Assembly (NCBI GenBank): GCA_964612725.1
Contig: CAZTFG010000003.1
Location: 283-64,282 of the forward strand
Reading direction: 5' to 3'
DNA: 64,000 nucleotides
Source of the DNA: an uncultured Lishizhenia sp.
GTDB taxonomy: Bacteria > Bacteroidota > Bacteroidia > Flavobacteriales_D > Crocinitomicaceae
In this document: one piece after another, positions 30,267 through 40,431 of the stretch
Layout of the letters: every line of letters begins with the position of its first letter
Position numbering within the stretch: the first letter of the stretch is position 1
Notes under the pieces: model-generated
Told to the model about the DNA's origin: nothing
Database searches by the model: none
What the model saw: the letters and a program-made list of their open reading frames with translations, nothing else
Position numbers and translations under genes: made by a program

Positions 30267-30874
30267 TAGAAGAACAGCCACCGTGTCTTTAGAGATGTTT
30301 GTCTGTAGTCATCCAACTTTTCGCTTACACCTTTTGAAATTAGTTTTTTCTTAAATTTTAATGTCCCTTTTCCTTGTTTGTAATCCATTTCATCGCTAAA
30401 AATAGGTATGAGCGCCCAAAAGTGTATCGTTTTATCTCCAAGTGTCATGGGTGCTAATTCATCAGATAAAAGGAGTGGTTGACTGACAAAAAAGTGATTT
30501 TGTTTCATAGTAACCGAAAGAGAATCATTGTTTTTTGTGCAATTATAGGTATGTCCGTCACCAAGCCATGTTTGTTGATTGATGGTATATTCTTTGATTT
30601 TTTTCAACCATTCAAATACCCAATTCATTGACGCGTTTTCGCTGTCTAATATATCCCAATAACTGGGTAAACAAAAAAACAGTTCGCCAAATTCCATCCC
30701 TTCAAGTTTTTCAGGAGTAGGCATTTGGTATTCATGAAAATCTGAAGTCATAAGGACTTGAACTCCTTTTTCTTGTTTCAAATCAAGCAAAAAATACAAT
30801 TCGCCGTTGTGAAAAATTTCACTGATTTTAGTCGCTGGAAACCGCGTTATTAGAGCTTCATGGAGTTTGTTCAT
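30266..30874 (-). CDS. Suppressor-of-fused (SUFU)-like domain protein
   Basis: 202 aa. Pattern 'VLMTSDFHEYQM...ELFFCLPSYW...W...L...TWLGDGHT' matches the bacterial SUFU-like family as I remember it. There is no signal peptide. Confidence 0.6.
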   Translation of the reverse strand: MNKLHEALITRFPATKISEIFHNGELYFLLDLKQEKGVQVLMTSDFHEYQMPTPEKLEGMEFGELFFCLPSYWDILDSENASMNWVFEWLKKIKEYTINQQTWLGDGHTYNCTKNNDSLSVTMKQNHFFVSQPLLLSDELAPMTLGDKTIHFWALIPIFSDEMDYKQGKGTLKFKKKLISKGVSEKLDDYRQTSLKTRWLFF

Positions 30875-30904
30875 AGAAACAAAAGTAGCTTTATTTTAGT
30901 GATT

Positions 30905-31324
30905 TCAATTAAAAAACCAAGCGATAACGCAATAACGAAGTAATTTCCCAATTACCATAAACAGGCATACCCGTATCATTGACACCCGCAAATAGCCCAA
31001 TATTAATAACAAGGGATCACCAATAATAGGTATCCAACTCAATAATGCCGTGTAGCTTCCGTATGTTGAAATAAAATGAGTGTATTTTTCCAGCTTTGCA
31101 GGATTTAGCTTACTTTTTTTTAGCCAATTCGGATTGCCTAGTCTCCCTAATAAGTAATTGGTTAAGCCCCCCAAACTATTGCCAATCGTTGCAACTACAA
31201 TTGAAATTATTGGGTCATATCCTTGGGCTAACACAACGGCCAATCCCACTTCAGATGCAAATGGAATAAGTGTTGCAGATAGAAAGCAACTGGTAAAAAG
31301 GCTAATGTAAATCCAATTTTCCAT
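30905..31324 (-). CDS. YqaA family (DedA-superfamily) membrane protein
   Basis: 139 aa, closely parallel to E. coli YqaA: 'FLSATLIPFASEV', 'GNSLGGLTNYLLGR', 'LLSWIPIIGDPL', 'GKLLRY'. Confidence 0.82.
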   Translation of the reverse strand: MENWIYISLFTSCFLSATLIPFASEVGLAVVLAQGYDPIISIVVATIGNSLGGLTNYLLGRLGNPNWLKKSKLNPAKLEKYTHFISTYGSYTALLSWIPIIGDPLLLILGYLRVSMIRVCLFMVIGKLLRYCVIAWFFN

Positions 31325-31334
31325 AAATAAAAAA

Positions 31335-31351
31335 GGCCGGAAAAACCGGCC
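31335..31351 (-). terminator. Rho-independent terminator
   Basis: GGCCGG-aaaaa-CCGGCC hairpin. On the minus strand it is followed by TTTTTTATTT. It lies 22 nt downstream of the stop of the 31373-33199 gene. Confidence 0.72.
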
Positions 31352-31372
31352 CTAAAAAATGCTATATCCGTT

Positions 31373-33199
31373 TTAGTTTTTAATCACTTTTTTAGTAACA
31401 ATTGAACCATTTGCTTCAAGAGTTACATAGTATATTCCTGCAACTAGGTTTGTTGTTGGAATGTTAGCTGAGTTTGTTCCTGTTGCTAAATTATTCATGT
31501 TTGAAACCGAAATCACTTTACCCGAAAGATCAGAAAGTGTAATAGTTGCATTTGAACTAGTAGCTAAATCAAATGAAATGGTTACATCCGTAGAAGTTGG
31601 ATTAGGGAAAATGGCAACAGAATTGAATTCATTATTTTCTTCTGAAATTCCTACAGTTGGATCAAAGTTCAAACGAACGTAAGGAGTACTTGTTTGATAA
31701 AACCAAGTGTCGGTAGGAGTATCATAGAAGAATGAAGTTTGAACTTCAGATGTTCCAGCGTTTGCCACTTTTAATCCACCTGAATAGGCACCAATTACAG
31801 CTAAATAAGTCATACCTGCTGTTAATTGAATAGGAGTTTGCATAGGCATCACAAGGTTGTTATTTAAGTTGTTTGAAGCCACAATTAAACTATTGGATTC
31901 TCCCTCATAAACAAATTCTCCTGTTGTTGGATCTATCGAGTATAATTTTGTATAAATCTCTGTTCCAACGGTAGTTCCAGAAGCACCTCCTGCTAAACGC
32001 ACATTGATTGCTGTCAGAGTTTGGTCGGTAACAATATCAAATAAGTTTCCTGATTCAAACCCATCTGTTCCATTTGTTGTATTTCCTGCAACTGTATTAT
32101 TGTCTCGTGCATAAATATAGTTGGTCACAGCGAAACTGATATTTGATAATGCATTATTTGCCGGAACATCATCCGTAGAATCGGCTGTTATTGATCGTGT
32201 TACGGTATAATTAGTTACGGTTGCTGCCGGTGTAAATGGAGTAGAAATGGAAATGGTTGCGGTATCTAAAGATAAGATGGTTGTTGGTGTTGATGAACCT
32301 GTGAATGCACCAGAATTTACATTAACATTCAGCGTAACATTATTTTGCGTATTAACACCACCATTGAAAATAGACGCTTCAAAATCTATGGGAGCTACTT
32401 GCGTAGTTGGAATTTGATAATAATTCAATCCTGCTGTTCCCCAATATGAACCGGTAGTAGCTAGATCATTTCCTGGATTGGTAACAATTTTAACATCGTC
32501 AATATACCAGCCATAAGTTATCCATACATTAGGACTAGTTGCAGATCCAGGTAACGCAGTCGTCCATTGAAAACGCACCCAAATTGGAGAAGTTGTTGCA
32601 GTTAAATAAGTAGCTAAATTAATTGTTTTATTCGTTGGGTTTGAATAAGGTGTTCCACCAGATTGAGATAAAACAGGTTGATCAGCATTTGAACCAACAG
32701 GAATGAAATTCACACCATCAGTCGAAATTTGAATTTCTTGCAAGTCGTTAAAACGAGCTCCGTATTGTTGAAACTGTAAAGAAACTTCATTTGTCCCACC
32801 TAATGCAACGATATCTATAGGTTGAGCTGTTGTCATGGTATAAGTTACGTTCAACGCTTGTGTTGATGCAGTAGGGTCTCCATTCACTAATTCAGCATAA
32901 TTTCCACCGGATGTAGAAAGAATTCCACTTGCAGCCGCCCACCAGCCCTCACTTGTGTTGTTAATATTCCATCCATAATCTGGACCTGATTGACCACTAT
33001 TGTCTAATACCCATGAAGTCGCATCAGTAAAGTCATTCGACCACAACGTAATCCCAAGGTCTTTTTCGCTTGGTAATTGTTGATTAGCAGTGGGAGGTGT
33101 TTTTATTAAGTCCTGAAACGTAGCAATTTTTGGTGATTTTTGAGCAAATGCACCAGCCGTCAGGGCTAATATTGCAATACTAAGTACTGATTTTTTCAT
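31373..33199 (-). CDS. Secreted protein with type-A T9SS sorting domain
   Basis: 608 aa. Signal peptide 'LTAGAFAQ', an N-terminal jelly-roll/MAM-like region ('WSNDFTDATSWVL'), and a C-terminus 'FPNPTSTDVTISF...GIYYVTLEANG...KKVIKN' typical of type-A CTDs. Confidence 0.8.
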   Translation of the reverse strand: MKKSVLSIAILALTAGAFAQKSPKIATFQDLIKTPPTANQQLPSEKDLGITLWSNDFTDATSWVLDNSGQSGPDYGWNINNTSEGWWAAASGILSTSGGNYAELVNGDPTASTQALNVTYTMTTAQPIDIVALGGTNEVSLQFQQYGARFNDLQEIQISTDGVNFIPVGSNADQPVLSQSGGTPYSNPTNKTINLATYLTATTSPIWVRFQWTTALPGSATSPNVWITYGWYIDDVKIVTNPGNDLATTGSYWGTAGLNYYQIPTTQVAPIDFEASIFNGGVNTQNNVTLNVNVNSGAFTGSSTPTTILSLDTATISISTPFTPAATVTNYTVTRSITADSTDDVPANNALSNISFAVTNYIYARDNNTVAGNTTNGTDGFESGNLFDIVTDQTLTAINVRLAGGASGTTVGTEIYTKLYSIDPTTGEFVYEGESNSLIVASNNLNNNLVMPMQTPIQLTAGMTYLAVIGAYSGGLKVANAGTSEVQTSFFYDTPTDTWFYQTSTPYVRLNFDPTVGISEENNEFNSVAIFPNPTSTDVTISFDLATSSNATITLSDLSGKVISVSNMNNLATGTNSANIPTTNLVAGIYYVTLEANGSIVTKKVIKN

Positions 33200-33242
33200 A
33201 TCAATTAAATTTTAGCTTCAAATATACTGTTTTCGAATTATT

Positions 33243-34019
33243 TTAAGAACGATCTTTCAAAAAAGGAAGCATTTTTCTTGTGTCCAACAATGACGTAGCT
33301 GAAAGCGTGACCTGTAGCATATCATTTTGATGGTTTTTTGCCTCCTGAAGGCATTGTCCAAGCGCATCATAAACTGCTGTTCCTCCTGAGTATATTAATT
33401 CCTTTCCATCCGTGCCAACTCGATTAACACCTGCCACAAAACACTGATTTTCAATTGATCTCGCTTTTAATAAGGTATCCCAATGTGCTCTTCTTTTTTC
33501 AGGCCAATTGGCCACATAAAGTAAAACATCATAAGCCGCTTTTTCGTCATCCATACGGTTGCGAATCAACTCTGGAAAGCGCAGGTCGTAACAGATTTGC
33601 AAATTGATTTTCCACCCTTTCCATTCCACAATAACTTCTTTCTCTCCTGCTGAAAAATGTTTATCCTCACCACCCAATCCAAATGACTTTCTTTTGTCAT
33701 ACGTGGTTATTTCCCCGCTAGGAAAAACAAATACGCCACGGTTGTAGAATTTTCCGTTTTCCTGAATAATGAGTGATGCATAGATGGCTGTTTGAAGTTT
33801 CGCTGACCAATGAGTTAAAAACGAAATTCCAGCAGAGTTATCCATGCTTTCAGACAAGGCATGAACATCCATACTGAAACCGGTGTGAAACATTTCAGGC
33901 AACACAACCAAATCTGTTGAAGAAAGCTGCTGAAATGATTCTTCATAGCGGGCTAAATTGGCTTGTTTGTCTTGCCATACTTGATCAATTTGAATCAAGC
34001 TAATTTTCAAATCTTGCAT
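33243..34019 (-). CDS. Carbon-nitrogen hydrolase (nitrilase superfamily, omega-amidase-like)
   Basis: Catalytic triad context 'VLPEMF' (Glu), 'YDKRK' (Lys) and 'LQICYDLRFPE' (Cys). The start is taken at ATG 34019 ('MQDLKISLIQ'). The track start at 34067 lies inside the upstream gene. Confidence 0.85.
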   Translation of the reverse strand: MQDLKISLIQIDQVWQDKQANLARYEESFQQLSSTDLVVLPEMFHTGFSMDVHALSESMDNSAGISFLTHWSAKLQTAIYASLIIQENGKFYNRGVFVFPSGEITTYDKRKSFGLGGEDKHFSAGEKEVIVEWKGWKINLQICYDLRFPELIRNRMDDEKAAYDVLLYVANWPEKRRAHWDTLLKARSIENQCFVAGVNRVGTDGKELIYSGGTAVYDALGQCLQEAKNHQNDMLQVTLSATSLLDTRKMLPFLKDRS

Positions 34020-35143
34020 AGTCGATTTATTGCATCGGTTAACGTTTGGTCTTGCTTGGCAAAGCAAAAACGAATTAGTTTTCTATCTTCTCCATTGTGA
34101 TTGAATACAGATAAAGGTATGGTTGCCACACCAAATTCTGTCACTAATCGTTTGGTGAAATCAACGTCAGGTTCATCTGAGATCGATGCATAAGAAGCTA
34201 CTTGAAAATAAGTTCCTTCACAAGGCATTAATTTAAAATTACTGTGTTGCATGCCCATTCTAAACGTGTCCCTTTTTGCTTGATAAAATGTTCCCAACGA
34301 TGTTACGTCCACTTCAGATAAATAGTGAGCAAGGCTTGCCTGAGCCACACTGTTGACGCAAAAAACCAAAAATTGGTGTACTTTTTTAATTTCTGTCATG
34401 AGGTGACTAGTTGCAATGATATATCCAATTTTCCATCCCGTAATATGAAAGGTCTTACCAAAAGATGAGGTGATAATGGATCGATCGCGCAAAATTTCAG
34501 AACAATTTACGGATAAGTGATCGTTTTCAAACGTAATATATTCGTAGACTTCATCTGATAAAACCAATAAATTTGGATTTTTTTCCACTAGATTTTCTAG
34601 TTCAATCATATCTTCCTTCCTCCACATGGTACCACTTGGGTTGTGTGGGTTATTCGTAATGATTAATCTGGTTTTTTCATGAACAACCTCATTGATGAGT
34701 GACCAATCAGGAAGAAAATCATCTTTCAGCGGAATTCGAATCGGTTTGGCTCCTGCTAAAATTACGGGCGATTCATAACAATCATAACTTGGGTCAAGAA
34801 TGAGTACTTCTTCTCCTGGATGCACCAAGGCTTGAATGGTCGTGAAAATGGCTTGTGTGGCACCGGCTGTTACTAATACCTCAGAAACCGGATCTATTTT
34901 TCTGTTGTATTGGCGCAAGGTGAGTTGTGCAATTTGCTCCAGTAGCACTGGTAAACCGGCCATGGGTGCATATTGGTGCGTGTTTTCTTTCGCTTTTTCA
35001 GACAAAATTTCAGACAATCGGCCATCAATAGGAAAATCCGGAAATCCTTGGGATAGGTTAATAGCTTGATGTTCGGTTGCCAATTTAGACATCACGGTAA
35101 AAATGGTAGTGCCTACATGTGGTAGTTTCGATTCGAATTTCAT
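34007..35143 (-). CDS. Class I/II PLP aminotransferase (methionine/glutamine transaminase, YbdL/GTK-like)
   Basis: 378 aa. 'INLSQGFPDF', 'NNPHNPSG', and the PLP-lysine loop 'SSFGKTFHITGWKIGY'. Confidence 0.85.
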   Translation of the reverse strand: MKFESKLPHVGTTIFTVMSKLATEHQAINLSQGFPDFPIDGRLSEILSEKAKENTHQYAPMAGLPVLLEQIAQLTLRQYNRKIDPVSEVLVTAGATQAIFTTIQALVHPGEEVLILDPSYDCYESPVILAGAKPIRIPLKDDFLPDWSLINEVVHEKTRLIITNNPHNPSGTMWRKEDMIELENLVEKNPNLLVLSDEVYEYITFENDHLSVNCSEILRDRSIITSSFGKTFHITGWKIGYIIATSHLMTEIKKVHQFLVFCVNSVAQASLAHYLSEVDVTSLGTFYQAKRDTFRMGMQHSNFKLMPCEGTYFQVASYASISDEPDVDFTKRLVTEFGVATIPLSVFNHNGEDRKLIRFCFAKQDQTLTDAINRLCKI

Positions 35144-35218
35144 AATTGTAAAATTAACTGAAAACGAAAGAAACTAGATTAAGATTAGAGAGATTTATTT
35201 GGTTTTAGAAAAGTAGTT

Positions 35219-36691
35219 CTAATGGCTACTTGAATTTTTTATAAACTGAATGTAGAAATTAATACTTTCATGATAAGCTGAAATTGAAATTCGCTCGTTT
35301 ATACCGTGAACCCTTGGAAGATCTTCTTTGGCAAAACGTATGGGTAAAAATCGATAAATATTAGATGTTAATGGTTGATAGTGCCGTGAATCGGTGCTGC
35401 CCACGGCTAGAAATGGGGCAACCAGTACATCTGGAAAAATGGATAAAATCGTTTTTTGGAGTTGAATAAAACAACTCGATTCTGTATTAGATACCACTGT
35501 TGGATTATAACCAAACTCGTTAGCCTTTTTGATTTTAACTCGATTATCATTAATTATTTTTTCTATATAATCTTGTACAGATGAAGTGCTTTCTCCAGGA
35601 ATAATTCTAAAATTAACAACCGCTTTGGCATTGGTTGGCAAAACATTTTCTTTATTCCCACTCGTAAAAATTGTAGCGGCAGTGGTTGTATGCATAATGG
35701 CTCTTGTTGCATTATTCCCTCCCAGTTTCCACTTAATCAAGGGGGCAAATAACCATCGATTGCCAAATGTAAGACGGGCTAAAAAACTCATTTCAGGAGC
35801 TAAATAATCAAATAATAGGGTTCCTGCTCCACCTATTTTCAACGGAAATGGATTGGCTTCTAATTTTGAAATTGCACTACTTAAAATTCCGATTGCTGTT
35901 TCTTTGGGCGGCATTGAACTGTGGCCTCCTGCATCCTCTACGGTTAATTCCAAACTTAAATACCCTTTTTCAGCTATCCCAATTAGGGCAATAGGCTTTG
36001 AAAGTCCAGGAACCATTTCCGAAACAATTGACCCCCCTTCGTCTAAAACAAACTCCAGTTTTTCCCCGCGTTTAGCTAATACATCAACTATTCTCTTTGT
36101 TCCGTTATGTCCACCTGTTTCCTCATCATGACCATACGCCAGATAAATTGTTCTTTTAGGTTTATATCCTCTTTTCAATAAGAATTCTATGGCTTCCAAC
36201 TGTCCAAGGAGTGCAGATTTTACATCTAACGTACCACGCCCATAGATGAAACCATTCGATTGTGCTCCTGAAAAAGGATTAAAACTCCATTTTTTTAAAC
36301 TTGTTGAATCAATAGGTACAACATCTTGATGTGCCATAAGTAACAATGGTTTTAGGTTTTTATCCGTCCCCTCCCATTTATATAATAAACTTAGCCCATT
36401 TATATTTTTTGCTATTAATTTTTTGTTCAACAATGGAAATGCCTCTTTCAAAAATGCATGAAAAGCCAAGAAGGTGGTGCTGTCTAAAATCTGATTATCT
36501 TGAGGTGAAACGGTTCTAAATTGAATAGCTTTACTTAATCGTTCTGCACAGGATTTGTCCAATAGGAATTGCTTAACAACTACTGGTTTAATTTGCTTAG
36601 ACTCTAAGCTAAAGGCATTGTACAAGCAAATTAGGACAATCAATAAAAACACGCCACCAATGCCAATCAATATTTTTCGTTTTTTATTCAA
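35219..36691 (-). CDS. M20 family metallopeptidase with N-terminal membrane anchor
   Basis: 490 aa. TM 'ILIGIGGVFLLIVLICLY' and metal-binding motifs 'LLMAHQDVVP', 'GRGTLDVKS' and 'GHDEETGG'. Confidence 0.85.
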   Translation of the reverse strand: MNKKRKILIGIGGVFLLIVLICLYNAFSLESKQIKPVVVKQFLLDKSCAERLSKAIQFRTVSPQDNQILDSTTFLAFHAFLKEAFPLLNKKLIAKNINGLSLLYKWEGTDKNLKPLLLMAHQDVVPIDSTSLKKWSFNPFSGAQSNGFIYGRGTLDVKSALLGQLEAIEFLLKRGYKPKRTIYLAYGHDEETGGHNGTKRIVDVLAKRGEKLEFVLDEGGSIVSEMVPGLSKPIALIGIAEKGYLSLELTVEDAGGHSSMPPKETAIGILSSAISKLEANPFPLKIGGAGTLLFDYLAPEMSFLARLTFGNRWLFAPLIKWKLGGNNATRAIMHTTTAATIFTSGNKENVLPTNAKAVVNFRIIPGESTSSVQDYIEKIINDNRVKIKKANEFGYNPTVVSNTESSCFIQLQKTILSIFPDVLVAPFLAVGSTDSRHYQPLTSNIYRFLPIRFAKEDLPRVHGINERISISAYHESINFYIQFIKNSSSH

Positions 36692-36725
36692 TTCCGAAAA
36701 TGATATTGGATTATTAATGATTTAC

Positions 36726-37277
36726 TTAATTCTGTAAATAGCTTAAGGTACCGTTTTTCATCTGGTGATAGGCTTTCACCAAATATGCCAATTGAATGCG
36801 CATGGTATCAAATGCTTCTTCTGTTTCGGCACTGATTTCCTGTTTTTTGAGGCGCATGAGCAGTTTCATGTACATAGCATGTAACAATATTTCAATCGTG
36901 TTTTTGTCCTGTAGGTTTGATTTTGCTTTAAATTCTTCCAAGGTACTCACCGCCTGATCATTCAGCATTTTATATTTTTCGTCATTGTAAACCGTCAAAA
37001 GGGTATTATGCAAATAAGACAACTCGATTACAATGTCTTGAATTTCTGCTAAGTGTCCTTTCTGCTCAATGCGTTGTGCTTTCATTTGTCTTATCAGACC
37101 CTCATACCACTTTCTATATGCTTCCACTTCTTGTTCATTTTGAGTAAGTGGTAATACGGTATGTTGCACGATAGTTTCAAGATCGAATTGAAAAGCACGA
37201 ATAATATCCTCAATTTGATACATGTACAACAAGTATTCAGCAATATTTTCTTGTTGTTTTTGCTGTGCTAATATCAT
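36726..37277 (-). CDS. Conserved Bacteroidota protein, DUF4924-like
   Basis: 183 aa. The N-terminus 'QKQQENIAEYLLYMYQIEDIIRA' resembles what I recall of DUF4924. This assignment is from memory only. Confidence 0.45.
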   Translation of the reverse strand: MILAQQKQQENIAEYLLYMYQIEDIIRAFQFDLETIVQHTVLPLTQNEQEVEAYRKWYEGLIRQMKAQRIEQKGHLAEIQDIVIELSYLHNTLLTVYNDEKYKMLNDQAVSTLEEFKAKSNLQDKNTIEILLHAMYMKLLMRLKKQEISAETEEAFDTMRIQLAYLVKAYHQMKNGTLSYLQN

Positions 37278-37278
37278 T

Positions 37279-37869
37279 TTATTTTAGTTCTTTAGCAATT
37301 TCTGCTTGCTTTTCGTTTAGGTAATTCACAAATTCATTAGTGACATCCATATTAGATTCAATAAATCCAATTTGTCCTCCTTTTCCATGTATGAGTAGAA
37401 TGTCAATTTTGTTTTTTTGAGAAAATTCTTTAGCAAATTTTTCCACTTTATTTCCAATTACCGTCATTTTGTCAATGGCTTCTTTTTCTAATGCTTGACC
37501 TTGATTTTGTTGGTAATCAGCAATTTGTTTTTGCATCGCCTGGGCTTTTTGTGAAAGGGCAACTTGTTCATTTTCAGACAATAAACCTTGTTTCATCAAT
37601 CCTTCGTTTTTGGTTATAAATGCTTCAAATTCACTTTGTTTACGTTGCATTTCGGCTTCAAATGCTTTTTGCTTGGCATTCATTAATGAATCTTGTTCTT
37701 TGAAGAAAATAAATTTCCCCTTCAAAGAATCACTGTTATAGTAAGCGATTTTTAAACCCTTCATGTCACGTCTTTCCACGTTTGTAGTAGTTGATGGAGC
37801 GGGTTTTTTTTCAGAGCAACCAATCAGCGTTAGTGCAACCAATGAGGCAAAGACAATCAATTTATTCAT
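37279..37869 (-). CDS. OmpH/Skp family periplasmic chaperone (lipoprotein form)
   Basis: The start at ATG 37869 gives 'MNKLIVFASLVALTLIGCS', a lipobox. The sequence is Gln/Lys/Glu-rich and coiled ('EAEMQRKQSEFEAF', 'AQAMQKQIADYQQNQ'). Confidence 0.72.
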   Translation of the reverse strand: MNKLIVFASLVALTLIGCSEKKPAPSTTTNVERRDMKGLKIAYYNSDSLKGKFIFFKEQDSLMNAKQKAFEAEMQRKQSEFEAFITKNEGLMKQGLLSENEQVALSQKAQAMQKQIADYQQNQGQALEKEAIDKMTVIGNKVEKFAKEFSQKNKIDILLIHGKGGQIGFIESNMDVTNEFVNYLNEKQAEIAKELK

Positions 37870-38116
37870 GAGTTCTATTTTTGTTTTTAAAGGCTGTTTC
37901 CCAATCGTCACGCATTTGAATAAACCGCGTTAGGCAGTTAGACAACAATTGAGGGCTAATCATATTTTCTAATTCATCTAACGACATTACATCCGTTTCC
38001 CCAATTTTAAAAAGTTGTTCAAATTGACCTAATTCAATTTTAAGCAAATATTTTGCATTATAATTATGAATGGTAATTCGATAATGTTCGTGAGGAATTT
38101 CTTTGATTAGTCGCAT
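37862..38116 (-). CDS. Small hypothetical protein
   Basis: 84-aa ORF. Its stop overlaps the OmpH start by 8 nt. No motif was recognised. Confidence 0.45.
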   Translation of the reverse strand: MRLIKEIPHEHYRITIHNYNAKYLLKIELGQFEQLFKIGETDVMSLDELENMISPQLLSNCLTRFIQMRDDWETAFKNKNRTHE

Positions 38117-38177
38117 TTATACAAAAGTAATGGAAAAACTTATTTAATCTAACATTCACTTTTATTTCGAACCATGT

Positions 38178-39590
<1,413 letters not shown>

Positions 39591-39613
39591 ATTAAACCAA
39601 TAAAACACATAGG

Positions 39614-39642
39614 AAAAGCCACTCATTTGAGTGGCTTTTTTA
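39614..39642 (+). terminator. Rho-independent terminator, probably bidirectional
   Basis: aaaagccactc-attt-gagtggctttt hairpin followed by a T-run. It sits between the convergent gdhA and OmpA-family genes. Confidence 0.78.
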
Positions 39643-40398
39643 TTAATTTGAAATTATTTTTATTTCAACTCGTCGATTACCCGATCGTTCTTCTTCCGTT
39701 TTTTCAGGCATTGGATATAGCGGCAAAGACACGCCAAATCCTTTATAACTCATTCGTTGGGCATCAACTCCTTTACTCACTAAATAGTGATAAACCGCTG
39801 CTGCTCTTGCCGTTGATAGGTCATCGTAATCTGCAGGGGCACAACAAATATGTCCTTGTATTTCAATCTGCAGTTTTTTATTGCTATTCATGGCCTCCAA
39901 TAATTCAACCAGAATCGATATGGATTGGGGTAGTAAATCAGCAAGTCCGGGATAGAAGTTTAATGATTTCAGTCGAATTTTTTCACCTACTTTTCCAATC
40001 GATAATTGAGTTGTGATGGTTTCTTTTTTGGGTGTAATCGTATTGGAAGCTATTGATTTATAGATAATTACAACTTTTCTATTTTCAGTATTATTTTTGG
40101 CAAAAAGGAATTCTTCCCCAAAGGCATGATTTTCACTAATTGATTTTGATTTAAGTTGATTTACAACGGAAGCGATTCTTTTTTCAGCTAGCCATTTATT
40201 GTATGTAACGCTGCCGCAAGTATCCGTAAAACCATGAATTGCCTCAATGGTTGCACCCGAATTTTTTAGTTCAACCAACTGACTGCGTGTTTCATTAGAG
40301 AGTGAATAGCGATCAAATCCAAAGAAAATAACAAGGCTGTCTTGTGCTTGAATCATGCCGCCAAAAAACACAAAAAAAGGGAAAAGAAATTTATTCAT
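39643..40398 (-). CDS. OmpA-family protein with two tandem OmpA-like (peptidoglycan-binding) domains
   Basis: 251 aa. Signal peptide 'FFGGMIQAQ'. First domain 'GFTDTCGSVTYNKWLAEKRIASV'. Second domain 'IQGHICCAPADYDDLSTARAAAVYHYL...NRRVEIKI'. Confidence 0.8.
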   Translation of the reverse strand: MNKFLFPFFVFFGGMIQAQDSLVIFFGFDRYSLSNETRSQLVELKNSGATIEAIHGFTDTCGSVTYNKWLAEKRIASVVNQLKSKSISENHAFGEEFLFAKNNTENRKVVIIYKSIASNTITPKKETITTQLSIGKVGEKIRLKSLNFYPGLADLLPQSISILVELLEAMNSNKKLQIEIQGHICCAPADYDDLSTARAAAVYHYLVSKGVDAQRMSYKGFGVSLPLYPMPEKTEEERSGNRRVEIKIISN

Positions 40399-40431
40399 TT
40401 ACTTGAAATGATAGATTTTCATTTGGTTACA

